This document shows, piece by piece, positions 50,301 to 64,000 of a stretch of DNA of 64,000 nucleotides. The notes beneath the pieces were generated by a model. That model saw only the letters and a list, made by a program, of their open reading frames with translations. It searched no databases and was not told where the DNA came from. Positions within the stretch are counted from its first letter, which is position 1; every line of letters starts with the position of its first letter. Source of the DNA: Auanema rhodensis (lineage: Eukaryota > Animalia > Nematoda); the NCBI GenBank assembly GCA_964057225.1, contig OZ059897.1:18352001-18416000 (forward strand). Reading direction: 5' to 3'. A program made the translations under genes and the position numbers.

Positions 50301-53300
50301 TCAGGGTGAAAATCGAGGATATAAGTGTGAACCTATATCAGTTGATATCTCGGTGCATTTTTAAGCTAGCGCAAATCTGATAACACAGATCGACGCAGCT
50401 TAAAAATCCGCATCGAATGCACTTTACTACATTGAGAAACGCTTGATACAAAAATTAGTTATGATCGTTTGAAAAATGATGCATTAGTGTATGTTGAGTT
50501 TCCATGTACACTCAACATTGCTTCCAAAAACATTTTGACAAAAATTTTTTCGAAAAATTTCAAAATAATTTAGCAAAAAGTAGATGTTTTTAGATTCCAT
50601 TTTTCAAGGCAAAGACGATGGACAATGTTATTCAACGAAAAAATTAATTCTTCAGGGTGAAAATCGAGGATATAAGTGTGAACTTATATCAGTTGATATC
50701 TCGGTGCATTTTTAAGCTAGCGCAAATCTGATAACACAGATCGACGCAGCTTAAAAATCCGCATCGAATGCACTATACTACATTAAGAATCGCTTGATAC
50801 AAAAATTAGTTATGATCGTTTGAAAAATGATGCATTAGTGTATGTTGAGTTTCCATGTACACTCAACATTGCTTCCAAAAACATTTTGACAAAAATTTTT
50901 TCGAAAAATTTCAAAAAAATTTAGCAAAAAATAGATGTTTTTAGATTCCATTTTTCAAGGCAAAGACGATGGACTATGTTATTCAACGAAAAAATTAATT
51001 CTTCAGGGTGAAAATCGAGGATATAAGTGTGAACTTATATCAGTTGATATCTCGGTGCATTTTTAAGCTAGCGCAAATCTGATAACACAGATCGACGCAG
51101 CTTAAAAATCCGCATCGAATGCACTATACTACATTAAGAAACGCTTGATACAAAAATTAGTTATGATCGTTTGAAAAATGATGCATTAGTGTATGTTGAG
51201 TTTCCATGTACACTCAACATTGCTTCCAAAAACATTTTGACAAAAATTTTTTCGAAAAATTTCAAAATAATTTAGCAAAAAGTAGATGTTTTTAGATTCC
51301 TTTTTTCAAGGCAAAGACGATGGACAATGTTATTCAACGAAAAAATTAATTCTTCAGGGTGAAAATCGAGGATATAAGTGTGAACTTATATCAGTTGATA
51401 TCTCGGTGCATTTTTAAGCTAGCGCAAATCTGATAACACAGATCGACGCAGCTTAAAAATCCGCATCGAATGCACTTTACTACATTGAGAAACGCTTGAT
51501 ACAAAAATTAGTTATGATCGTTTGAAAAATGATGCATTAGTGTATGTTGAGTTTCCATGTACACTCAACATTGCTTCCAAAAACATTTTGACAAAAATTT
51601 TTTCGAAAAATTTCAAAATAATTTAGCAAAAAGTAGATGTTTTTAGATTCCATTTTTCAAGGCAAAGACGATAGACAATGTTATTCAACGAAAAAATTAA
51701 TTCTTCAGGGTGAAAATCGAGGATATAAGTGTGAACTTATATCAGTTGATATCTCGGTGCATTTTTAAGCTAGCGCAAATCTGATAACACAGATCGACGC
51801 AGCTTAAAAATCCGCATCGAATGCACTTTACTACATTGAGAAACGCTTGATACAAAAATTAGTTATGATCGTTTGAAAAATGATGCATTAGTGTATGTTG
51901 AGTTTCCATGTACACTCAACATTGCTTCCAAAAACATTTTGACAAAAATTTTTTCGAAAAATTTCAAAATAATTTAGCAAAAAGTAGATGTTTTTAGATT
52001 CCATTTTTCAAGGCAAAGACGATGGACAATGTTATTCAACGAAAAAATTAATTCTTCAGGGTGAAAATCGAGGATATAAGTGTGAACTTATATCAGTTGA
52101 TATCTCGGTGCATTTTTAAGCTAGCGCAAATCTGATAACACAGATCGACGCAGCTTAAAAATCCGCATCGAATGCACTTTACTACATTGAGAAACGCTTG
52201 ATACAAAAATTAGTTATGATCGTTTGAAAAATGATGCATTAGTGTATGTTGAGTTTCCATGTACACTCAACATTGCTTCCAAAAACATTTTGACAAAAAT
52301 TTTTTCGAAAAATTTCAAAATAATTTAGCAAAAAGTAGATGTTTTTAGATTCCATTTTTCAAGGCAAAGACGATGGACAATGTTATTCAACGAAAAAATT
52401 AATTCTTCAGGGTGAAAATCGAGGATATAAGTGTGAACTTATATCAGTTGATATCTCGGTGCATTTTTAAGCTAGCGCAAATCTGATAACACAGATCGAC
52501 GCAGCTTAAAAATCCGCATCGAATGCACTATACTACATTAAGAATCGCTTGATACAAAAATTAGTTATGATCGTTTGAAAAATGATGCATTAGTGTATGT
52601 TGAGTTTCCATGTACACTCAACATTGCTTCCAAAAACATTTTGACAAAAATTTTTTCGAAAAATTTCAAAAAAATTTAGCAAAAAATAGATGTTTTTAGA
52701 TTCCATTTTTCAAGGCAAAGACGATGGACAATGTTATTCAACGAAAAAATTAATTCTTCAGGGTGAAAATCGAGGATATAAGTGTGAACTTATATCAGTT
52801 GATATCTCGGTGCATTTTTAAGCTAGCGCAAATCTGATAACACAGATCGACGCAGCTTAAAAATCCGCATCGAATGCACTATACTACATTAAGAAACGCT
52901 TGATACAAAAATTAGTTATGATCGTTTGAAAAATGATGCATTAGTGTATGTTGAGTTTCCATGTACACTCAACATTGCTTCCAAAAACATTTTGACAAAA
53001 ATTTTTTCGAAAAATTTCAAAATAATTTAGCAAAAAGTAGATGTTTTTAGATTCCATTTTTCAAGGCAAAGACGATGGACAATGTTATTCAACGAAAAAT
53101 ATAATTCTTCAGGGTGAAAATCGAGGATATAAGTGTGAACCTATATCAGTTGATATCTCGGTGCATTTTTAAGCTAGCGCAAATCTGATAACACAGATCG
53201 ACGCAGCTTAAAAATCCGCATCGAATGCACTTTACTACATTGAGAAACGCTTGATACAAAAATTAGTTATGATCGTTTGAAAAATGATGCATTAGTGTAT

Positions 53301-56300
53301 GTTGAGTTTCCATGTACACTCAACATTGCTTCCAAAAACATTTTGACAAAAATTTTTTCGAAAAATTTCAAAATAATTTAGCAAAAAGTAGATGTTTTTA
53401 GATTCCATTTTTCAAGGCAAAGACGATGGACAATGTTATTCAACGAAAAAATTAATTCTTCAGGGTGAAAATCGAGGATATAAGTGTGAACTTATATCAG
53501 TTGATATCTCGGTGCATTTTTAAGCTAGCGCAAATCTGATAACACAGATCGACGCAGCTTAAAAATCCGCATCGAATGCACTTTACTACATTGAGAAACG
53601 CTTGATACAAAAATTAGTTATGATCGTTTGAAAAATGATGCATTAGTGTATGTTGAGTTTCCATGTACACTCAACATTGCTTCCAAAAACATTTTGACAA
53701 AAATTTTTTCGAAAAATTTCAAAATAATTTAGCAAAAAGTAGATGTTTTTAGATTCCATTTTTCAAGGCAAAGACGATGGACAATGTTATTCAACGAAAA
53801 AATTAATTCTTCAGGGTGAAAATCGAGGATATAAGTGTGAACTTATATCAGTTGATATCTCGGTGCATTTTTAAGCTAGCGCAAATCTGATAACACAGAT
53901 CGACGCAGCTTAAAAATCCGCATCGAATGCACTTTACTACATTGAGAAACGCTTGATACAAAAATTAGTTATGATCGTTTGAAAAATGATGCATTAGTGT
54001 ATGTTGAGTTTCCATGTACACTCAACATTGCTTCCAAAAACATTTTGACAAAAATTTTTTCGAAAAATTTCAAAATAATTTAGCAAAAAGTAGATGTTTT
54101 TAGATTCCATTTTTCAAGGCAAAGACGATGGACAATGTTATTCAACGAAAAAATTAATTCTTCAGGGTGAAAATCGAGGATATAAGTGTGAACTTATATC
54201 AGTTGATATCTCGGTGCATTTTTAAGCTAGCGCAAATCTGATAACACAGATCGACGCAGCTTAAAAATCCGCATCGAATGCACTATACTACATTAAGAAT
54301 CGCTTGATACAAAAATTAGTTATGATCGTTTGAAAAATGATGCATTAGTGTATGTTGAGTTTCCATGTACACTCAACATTGCTTCCAAAAACATTTTGAC
54401 AAAAATTTTTTCGAAAAATTTCAAAAAAATTTAGCAAAAAATAGATGTTTTTAGATTCCATTTTTCAAGGCAAAGACGATGGACAATGTTATTCAACGAA
54501 AAAATTAATTCTTCAGGGTGAAAATCGAGGATATAAGTGTGAACTTATATCAGTTGATATCTCGGTGCATTTTTAAGCTAGCGCAAATCTGATAACACAG
54601 ATCGACGCAGCTTAAAAATCCGCATCGAATGCACTATACTACATTAAGAAACGCTTGATACAAAAATTAGTTATGATCGTTTGAAAAATGATGCATTAGT
54701 GTATGTTGAGTTTCCATGTACACTCAACATTGCTTCCAAAAACATTTTGACAAAAATTTTTTCGAAAAATTTCAAAATAATTTAGCAAAAAGTAGATGTT
54801 TTTAGATTCCATTTTTCAAGGCAAAGACGATGGACAATGTTATTCAACGAAAAAATTAATTCTTCAGGGTGAAAATCGAGGATATAAGTGTGAACTTATA
54901 TCAGTTGATATCTCGGTGCATTTTTAAGCTAGCGCAAATCTGATAACACAGATCGACGCAGCTTAAAAATCCGCATCGAATGCACTATACTACATTAAAA
55001 ATCGCTTGATACAAAAATTAGTTATGATCGTTTGAAAAATGATGCATTAGTGTATGTTGAGTTTCCATGTACACTCAACATTGCTTCCAAAAACATTTTG
55101 ACAAAAATTTTTTCGAAAAATTTCAAAAAAATTTAGCAAAAAATAGATGTTTTTAGATTCCATTTTTCAAGGCAAAGACGATGGACAATGTTATTCAACG
55201 AAAAAATTAATTCTTCAGGGTGAAAATCGAGGATATAAGTGTGAACTTATATCAGTTGATATCTCGGTGCATTTTTAAGCTAGCGCAAATCTGATAACAC
55301 AGATCGACGCAGCTTAAAAATCCGCATCGAATGCACTATACTACATTAAGAAACGCTTGATACAAAAATTAGTTATGATCGTTTGAAAAATGATGCATTA
55401 GTGTATGTTGAGTTTCCATGTACACTCAACATTGCTTCCAAAAACATTTTGACAAAAATTTTTTCGAAAAATTTCAAAATAATTTAGCAAAAAGTAGATG
55501 TTTTTAGATTCCATTTTTCAAGGCAAAGACGATGGACAATGTTATTCAACGAAAAAATTAATTCTTCAGGGTGAAAATCGAGGATATAAGTGTGAACTTA
55601 TATCAGTTGATATCTCGGTGCATTTTTAAGCTAGCGCAAATCTGATAACACAGATCGACGCAGCTTAAAAATCCGCATCGAATGCACTATACTACATTAA
55701 AAATCGCTTGATACAAAAATTAGTTATGATCGTTTGAAAAATGATGCATTAGTGTATGTTGAGTTTCCATGTACACTCAACATTGCTTCCAAAAACATTT
55801 TGACAAAAATTTTTTCGAAAAATTTCAAAAAAATTTAGCAAAAAATAGATGTTTTTAGATTCCATTTTTCAAGGCAAAGACGATGGACAATGTTATTCAA
55901 CGAAAAAATTAATTCTTCAGGGTGAAAATCGAGGATATAAGTGTGAACTTATATCAGTTGATATCTCGGTGCATTTTTAAGCTAGCGCAAATCTGATAAC
56001 ACAGATCGACGCAGCTTAAAAATCCGCATCGAATGCACTATACTACATTAAGAAACGCTTGATACAAAAATTAGTTATGATCGTTTGAAAAATGATGCAT
56101 TAGTGTATGTTGAGTTTCCATGTACAATCAACATTGCTTCCAAAAACATTTTGACAAAAATTTTTTCGAAAAATTTCAAAATAATTTAGCAAAAAGTAGA
56201 TGTTTTTAGATTCCATTTTTCAAGGCAAAGACGATGGAGAATGTTATTCAACGAAAAAATTAATTCTTCAGGGTGAAAATCGAGGATATAAGTGTGAACC

Positions 56301-59300
56301 TATATCAGTTGATATCTCGGTGCATTTTTAAGCTAGCGCAAATCTGATAACACAGATCGACGCAGCTTAAAAATCCGCATCGAATGCACTATACTACATT
56401 GAGAAACGCTTAATACAAAAATTAGTTATGATCGTTTGAAAAATGATGCATTAGTGTATGTTGAGTTTCCATGTACACTCAACATTGCTTCCAAAAACAT
56501 TTTGACAAAAATTTTTTCGAAAAATTTCAAAATAATTTAGCAAAAAGTAGATGTTTTTAGATTCCATTTTTCAAGGCAAAGACGATGGACAATGTTATTC
56601 AACGAAAAAATTAATTCTTCAGGGTGAAAATCGAGGATATAAGTGTGAACTTATATAAGTTGATATCTCGGTGCATTTTTAAGCTAGCGCAAATCTGATA
56701 ACACAGATCGACGCAGCTTAAAAATCCGCATCGAATGCACTTTACTACATTGAGAAACGCTTGATACAAAAATTAGTTATGATCGTTTGAAAAATGATGC
56801 ATTAGTGTATGTTGAGTTTCCATGTACACTCAACATTGCTTCCAAAAACATTTTGACAAAAATTTTTTCGAAAAATTTCAAAATAATTTAGCAAAAAGTA
56901 GATGTTTTTAGATTCCATTTTTCAAGGCAAAGACGATAGACAATGTTATTCAACGAAAAAATTAATTCTTCAGGGTGAAAATCGAGGATATAAGTGTGAA
57001 CTTATATCAGTTGATATCTCGGTGCATTTTTAAGCTAGCGCAAATCTGATAACACAGATCGACGCAGCTTAAAAATCCGCATCGAATGCACTTTACTACA
57101 TTGAGAAACGCTTGATACAAAAATTAGTTATGATCGTTTGAAAAATGATGCATTAGTGTATGTTGAGTTTCCATGTACACTCAACATTGCTTCCAAAAAC
57201 ATTTTGACAAAAATTTTTTCGAAAAATTTCAAAATAATTTAGCAAAAAGTAGATGTTTTTAGATTCCATTTTTCAAGGCAAAGACGATGGACAATGTTAT
57301 TCAACGAAAAAATTAATTCTTCAGGGTGAAAATCGAGGATATAAGTGTGAACTTATATCAGTTGATATCTCGGTGCATTTTTAAGCTAGCGCAAATCTGA
57401 TAACACAGATCGACGCAGCTTAAAAATCCGCATCGAATGCACTTTACTACATTGAGAAACGCTTGATACAAAAATTAGTTATGATCGTTTGAAAAATGAT
57501 GCATTAGTGTATGTTGAGTTTCCATGTACACTCAACATTGCTTCCAAAAACATTTTGACAAAAATTTTTTCGAAAAATTTCAAAATAATTTAGCAAAAAG
57601 TAGATGTTTTTAGATTCCATTTTTCAAGGCAAAGACGATGGACAATGTTATTCAACGAAAAAATTAATTCTTCAGGGTGAAAATCGAGGATATAAGTGTG
57701 AACTTATATCAGTTGATATCTCGGTGCATTTTTAAGCTAGCGCAAATCTGATAACACAGATCGACGCAGCTTAAAAATCCGCATCGAATGCACTATACTA
57801 CATTAAGAATCGCTTGATACAAAAATTAGTTATGATCGTTTGAAAAATGATGCATTAGTGTATGTTGAGTTTCCATGTACACTCAACATTGCTTCCAAAA
57901 ACATTTTGACAAAAATTTTTTCGAAAAATTTCAAAAAAATTTAGCAAAAAATAGATGTTTTTAGATTCCATTTTTCAAGGCAAAGACGATGGACAATGTT
58001 ATTCAACGAAAAAATTAATTCTTCAGGGTGAAAATCGAGGATATAAGTGTGAACTTATATCAGTTGATATCTCGGTGCATTTTTAAGCTAGCGCAAATCT
58101 GATAACACAGATCGACGCAGCTTAAAAATCCGCATCGAATGCACTATACTACATTAAGAAACGCTTGATACAAAAATTAGTTATGATCGTTTGAAAAATG
58201 ATGCATTAGTGTATGTTGAGTTTCCATGTACACTCAACATTGCTTCCAAAAACATTTTGACAAAAATTTTTTCGAAAAATTTCAAAATAATTTAGCAAAA
58301 AGTAGATGTTTTTAGATTCCATTTTTCAAGGCAAAGACGATGGACAATGTTATTCAACGAAAAAATTAATTCTTCAGGGTGAAAATCGAGGATATAAGTG
58401 TGAACCTATATCAGTTGATATCTCGGTGCATTTTTAAGCTAGCGCAAATCTGATAACACAGATCGACGCAGCTTAAAAATCCGCATCGAATGCACTTTAC
58501 TACATTGAGAAACGCTTGATACAAAAATTAGTTATGATCGTTTGAAAAATGATGCATTAGTGTATGTTGAGTTTCCATGTACACTCAACATTGCTTCCAA
58601 AAACATTTTGACAAAAATTTTTTCGAAAAATTTCAAAATAATTTAGCAAAAAGTAGATGTTTTTAGATTCCATTTTTCAAGGCAAAGACGATGGACAATG
58701 TTATTCAACGAAAAAATTAATTCTTCAGGGTGAAAATCGAGGATATAAGTGTGAACTTATATCAGTTGATATCTCGGTGCATTTTTAAGCTAGCGCAAAT
58801 CTGATAACACAGATCGACGCAGCTTAAAAATCCGCATCGAATGCACTATACTACATTAAGAATCGCTTGATACAAAAATTAGTTATGATCGTTTGAAAAA
58901 TGATGCATTAGTGTATGTTGAGTTTCCATGTACACTCAACATTGCTTCCAAAAACATTTTGACAAAAATTTTTTCGAAAAATTTCAAAAAAATTTAGCAA
59001 AAAATAGATGTTTTTAGATTCCATTTTTCAAGGCAAAGACGATGGACTATGTTATTCAACGAAAAAATTAATTCTTCAGGGTGAAAATCGAGGATATAAG
59101 TGTGAACTTATATCAGTTGATATCTCGGTGCATTTTTAAGCTAGCGCAAATCTGATAACACAGATCGACGCAGCTTAAAAATCCGCATCGAATGCACTAT
59201 ACTACATTAAGAAACGCTTGATACAAAAATTAGTTATGATCGTTTGAAAAATGATGCATTAGTGTATGTTGAGTTTCCATGTACAATCAACATTGCTTCC

Positions 59301-62300
59301 AAAAACATTTTGACAAAAATTTTTTCGAAAAATTTCAAAATAATTTAGCAAAAAGTAGATGTTTTTAGATTCCATTTTTCAAGGCAAAGACGATGGACAA
59401 TGTTATTCAACGAAAAAATTAATTCTTCAGGGTGAAAATCGAGGATATAAGTGTGAACCTATATCAGTTGATATCTCGGTGCATTTTTAAGCTAGCGCAA
59501 ATCTGATAACACAGATCGACGCAGCTTAAAAATCCGCATCGAATGCACTATACTACATTGAGAAACGCTTAATACAAAAATTAGTTATGATCGTTTGAAA
59601 AATGATGCATTAGTGTATGTTGAGTTTCCATGTACACTCAACATTGCTTCCAAAAACATTTTGACAAAAATTTTTTCGAAAAATTTCAAAATAATTTAGC
59701 AAAAAGTAGATGTTTTTAGATTCCTTTTTTCAAGGCAAAGACGATGGACAATGTTATTCAACGAAAAAATTAATTCTTCAGGGTGAAAATCGAGGATATA
59801 AGTGTGAACTTATATCAGTTGATATCTCGGTGCATTTTTAAGCTAGCGCAAATCTGATAACACAGATCGACGCAGCTTAAAAATCCGCATCGAATGCACT
59901 TTACTACATTGAGAAACGCTTGATACAAAAATTAGTTATGATCGTTTGAAAAATGATGCATTAGTGTATGTTGAGTTTCCATGTACACTCAACATTGCTT
60001 CCAAAAACATTTTGACAAAAATTTTTTCGAAAAATTTCAAAATAATTTAGCAAAAAGTAGATGTTTTTAGATTCCATTTTTCAAGGCAAAGACGATAGAC
60101 AATGTTATTCAACGAAAAAATTAATTCTTCAGGGTGAAAATCGAGGATATAAGTGTGAACTTATATCAGTTGATATCTCGGTGCATTTTTAAGCTAGCGC
60201 AAATCTGATAACACAGATCGACGCAGCTTAAAAATCCGCATCGAATGCACTTTACTACATTGAGAAACGCTTGATACAAAAATTAGTTATGATCGTTTGA
60301 AAAATGATGCATTAGTGTATGTTGAGTTTCCATGTACACTCAACATTGCTTCCAAAAACATTTTGACAAAAATTTTTTCGAAAAATTTCAAAATAATTTA
60401 GCAAAAAGTAGATGTTTTTAGATTCCATTTTTCAAGGCAAAGACGATGGACAATGTTATTCAACGAAAAAATTAATTCTTCAGGGTGAAAATCGAGGATA
60501 TAAGTGTGAACTTATATCAGTTGATATCTCGGTGCATTTTTAAGCTAGCGCAAATCTGATAACACAGATCGACGCAGCTTAAAAATCCGCATCGAATGCA
60601 CTTTACTACATTGAGAAACGCTTGATACAAAAATTAGTTATGATCGTTTGAAAAATGATGCATTAGTGTATGTTGAGTTTCCATGTACACTCAACATTGC
60701 TTCCAAAAACATTTTGACAAAAATTTTTTCGAAAAATTTCAAAATAATTTAGCAAAAAGTAGATGTTTTTAGATTCCATTTTTCAAGGCAAAGACGATGG
60801 ACAATGTTATTCAACGAAAAAATTAATTCTTCAGGGTGAAAATCGAGGATATAAGTGTGAACTTATATCAGTTGATATCTCGGTGCATTTTTAAGCTAGC
60901 GCAAATCTGATAACACAGATCGACGCAGCTTAAAAATCCGCATCGAATGCACTATACTACATTAAGAATCGCTTGATACAAAAATTAGTTATGATCGTTT
61001 GAAAAATGATGCATTAGTGTATGTTGAGTTTCCATGTACACTCAACATTGCTTCCAAAAACATTTTGACAAAAATTTTTTCGAAAAATTTCAAAAAAATT
61101 TAGCAAAAAATAGATGTTTTTAGATTCCATTTTTCAAGGCAAAGACGATGGACAATGTTATTCAACGAAAAAATTAATTCTTCAGGGTGAAAATCGAGGA
61201 TATAAGTGTGAACTTATATCAGTTGATATCTCGGTGCATTTTTAAGCTAGCGCAAATCTGATAACACAGATCGACGCAGCTTAAAAATCCGCATCGAATG
61301 CACTATACTACATTAAGAAACGCTTGATACAAAAATTAGTTATGATCGTTTGAAAAATGATGCATTAGTGTATGTTGAGTTTCCATGTACACTCAACATT
61401 GCTTCCAAAAACATTTTGACAAAAATTTTTTCGAAAAATTTCAAAATAATTTAGCAAAAAGTAGATGTTTTTAGATTCCATTTTTCAAGGCAAAGACGAT
61501 GGACAATGTTATTCAACGAAAAATATAATTCTTCAGGGTGAAAATCGAGGATATAAGTGTGAACCTATATCAGTTGATATCTCGGTGCATTTTTAAGCTA
61601 GCGCAAATCTGATAACACAGATCGACGCAGCTTAAAAATCCGCATCGAATGCACTTTACTACATTGAGAAACGCTTGATACAAAAATTAGTTATGATCGT
61701 TTGAAAAATGATGCATTAGTGTATGTTGAGTTTCCATGTACACTCAACATTGCTTCCAAAAACATTTTGACAAAAATTTTTTCGAAAAATTTCAAAATAA
61801 TTTAGCAAAAAGTAGATGTTTTTAGATTCCATTTTTCAAGGCAAAGACGATGGACAATGTTATTCAACGAAAAAATTAATTCTTCAGGGTGAAAATCGAG
61901 GATATAAGTGTGAACTTATATCAGTTGATATCTCGGTGCATTTTTAAGCTAGCGCAAATCTGATAACACAGATCGACGCAGCTTAAAAATCCGCATCGAA
62001 TGCACTTTACTACATTGAGAAACGCTTGATACAAAAATTAGTTATGATCGTTTGAAAAATGATGCATTAGTGTATGTTGAGTTTCCATGTACACTCAACA
62101 TTGCTTCCAAAAACATTTTGACAAAAATTTTTTCGAAAAATTTCAAAATAATTTAGCAAAAAGTAGATGTTTTTAGATTCCATTTTTCAAGGCAAAGACG
62201 ATGGACAATGTTATTCAACGAAAAAATTAATTCTTCAGGGTGAAAATCGAGGATATAAGTGTGAACTTATATCAGTTGATATCTCGGTGCATTTTTAAGC

Positions 62301-64000
62301 TAGCGCAAATCTGATAACACAGATCGACGCAGCTTAAAAATCCGCATCGAATGCACTTTACTACATTGAGAAACGCTTGATACAAAAATTAGTTATGATC
62401 GTTTGAAAAATGATGCATTAGTGTATGTTGAGTTTCCATGTACACTCAACATTGCTTCCAAAAACATTTTGACAAAAATTTTTTCGAAAAATTTCAAAAT
62501 AATTTAGCAAAAAGTAGATGTTTTTAGATTCCATTTTTCAAGGCAAAGACGATGGACAATGTTATTCAACGAAAAAATTAATTCTTCAGGGTGAAAATCG
62601 AGGATATAAGTGTGAACCTATATCAGTTGATATCTCGGTGCATTTTTAAGCTAGCGCAAATCTGATAACACAGATCGACGCAGCTTAAAAATCCGCATCG
62701 AATGCACTTTACTACATTGAGAAACGCTTGATACAAAAATTAGTTATGATCGTTTGAAAAATGATGCATTAGTGTATGTTGAGTTTCCATGTACACTCAA
62801 CATTGCTTCCAAAAACATTTTGACAAAAATTTTTTCGAAAAATTTCAAAATAATTTAGCAAAAAGTAGATGTTTTTAGATTCCATTTTTCAAGGCAAAGA
62901 CGATGGACAATGTTATTCAACGAAAAAATTAATTCTTCAGGGTGAAAATCGAGGATATAAGTGTGAACTTATATCAGTTGATATCTCGGTGCATTTTTAA
63001 GCTAGCGCAAATCTGATAACACAGATCGACGCAGCTTAAAAATCCGCATCGAATGCACTATACTACATTAAGAATCGCTTGATACAAAAATTAGTTATGA
63101 TCGTTTGAAAAATGATGCATTAGTGTATGTTGAGTTTCCATGTACACTCAACATTGCTTCCAAAAACATTTTGACAAAAATTTTTTCGAAAAATTTCAAA
63201 AAAATTTAGCAAAAAATAGATGTTTTTAGATTCCATTTTTCAAGGCAAAGACGATGGACTATGTTATTCAACGAAAAAATTAATTCTTCAGGGTGAAAAT
63301 CGAGGATATAAGTGTGAACTTATATCAGTTGATATCTCGGTGCATTTTTAAGCTAGCGCAAATCTGATAACACAGATCGACGCAGCTTAAAAATCCGCAT
63401 CGAATGCACTATACTACATTAAGAAACGCTTGATACAAAAATTAGTTATGATCGTTTGAAAAATGATGCATTAGTGTATGTTGAGTTTCCATGTACAATC
63501 AACATTGCTTCCAAAAACATTTTGACAAAAATTTTTTCGAAAAATTTCAAAATAATTTAGCAAAAAGTAGATGTTTTTAGATTCCATTTTTCAAGGCAAA
63601 GACGATGGACAATGTTATTCAACGAAAAAATTAATTCTTCAGGGTGAAAATCGAGGATATAAGTGTGAACCTATATCAGTTGATATCTCGGTGCATTTTT
63701 AAGCTAGCGCAAATCTGATAACACAGATCGACGCAGCTTAAAAATCCGCATCGAATGCACTATACTACATTGAGAAACGCTTAATACAAAAATTAGTTAT
63801 GATCGTTTGAAAAATGATGCATTAGTGTATGTTGAGTTTCCATGTACACTCAACATTGCTTCCAAAAACATTTTGACAAAAATTTTTTCGAAAAATTTCA
63901 AAATAATTTAGCAAAAAGTAGATGTTTTTAGATTCCTTTTTTCAAGGCAAAGACGATGGACAATGTTATTCAACGAAAAAATTAATTCTTCAGGGTGAAA
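5341..64000. repeat. Satellite DNA array, 351-bp monomer, about 167 tandem copies, continuing past the window end; possibly centromeric or pericentromeric
   Basis: Monomer starts are at 5341, 5692, 6043...; the last start at 63956 equals 5341 + 167x351 - 2, with a single 2-bp deletion at about 37589. Copies differ mostly at about 15-20 recurrent sites. Confidence 0.99.

Noticed and set aside
5341-64000. CRISPR array, rDNA/5S/tRNA cluster or coding tandem repeat
   Set aside because: There are no unique spacers, no recognisable RNA-gene motifs and no ORFs in the track.
5341-64000. Variants avoiding hairpin stems as evidence of selection on structure
   Set aside because: Some common variants (AACCTAT, ACAATC) disrupt stems, so the pattern is not clear without statistics.
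1-64000. Assigning a host species or a named satellite family
   Set aside because: This cannot be supported without a database search.

Overview
Eukaryotic, probably invertebrate-animal, DNA at the edge of a satellite array. Bases 5341-64000 are about 167 head-to-tail copies of a very homogeneous, AT-rich 351-bp monomer, with a single 2-bp indel and nested higher-order duplications. Bases 1-5340 come from one young, atypical Ty3/gypsy-type LTR retroelement family. In order they hold: the end of pol (integrase GPY/F domain plus acidic tail), a structured 3' UTR, a PPT, a 366-bp LTR with non-canonical CG...CG ends, and a tRNA-Gln PBS. Next come a predicted intron-containing antisense gene and a divergent promoter region. 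Then comes a long ORF with a herpesvirus-gB-like (class III fusogen) segment that lies 5' of any gag/pol and is cut off by 24 bp of satellite. Last is an identical solo LTR inserted in the satellite with a 4-bp ATGG target-site duplication. The best candidate novel system is a satellite-inserting, gB-env-bearing endogenous retrovirus-like element with apparent env-first gene order, CG termini, a spliced antisense accessory gene and probable non-AUG initiation. All homology calls are by eye; no searches were run.
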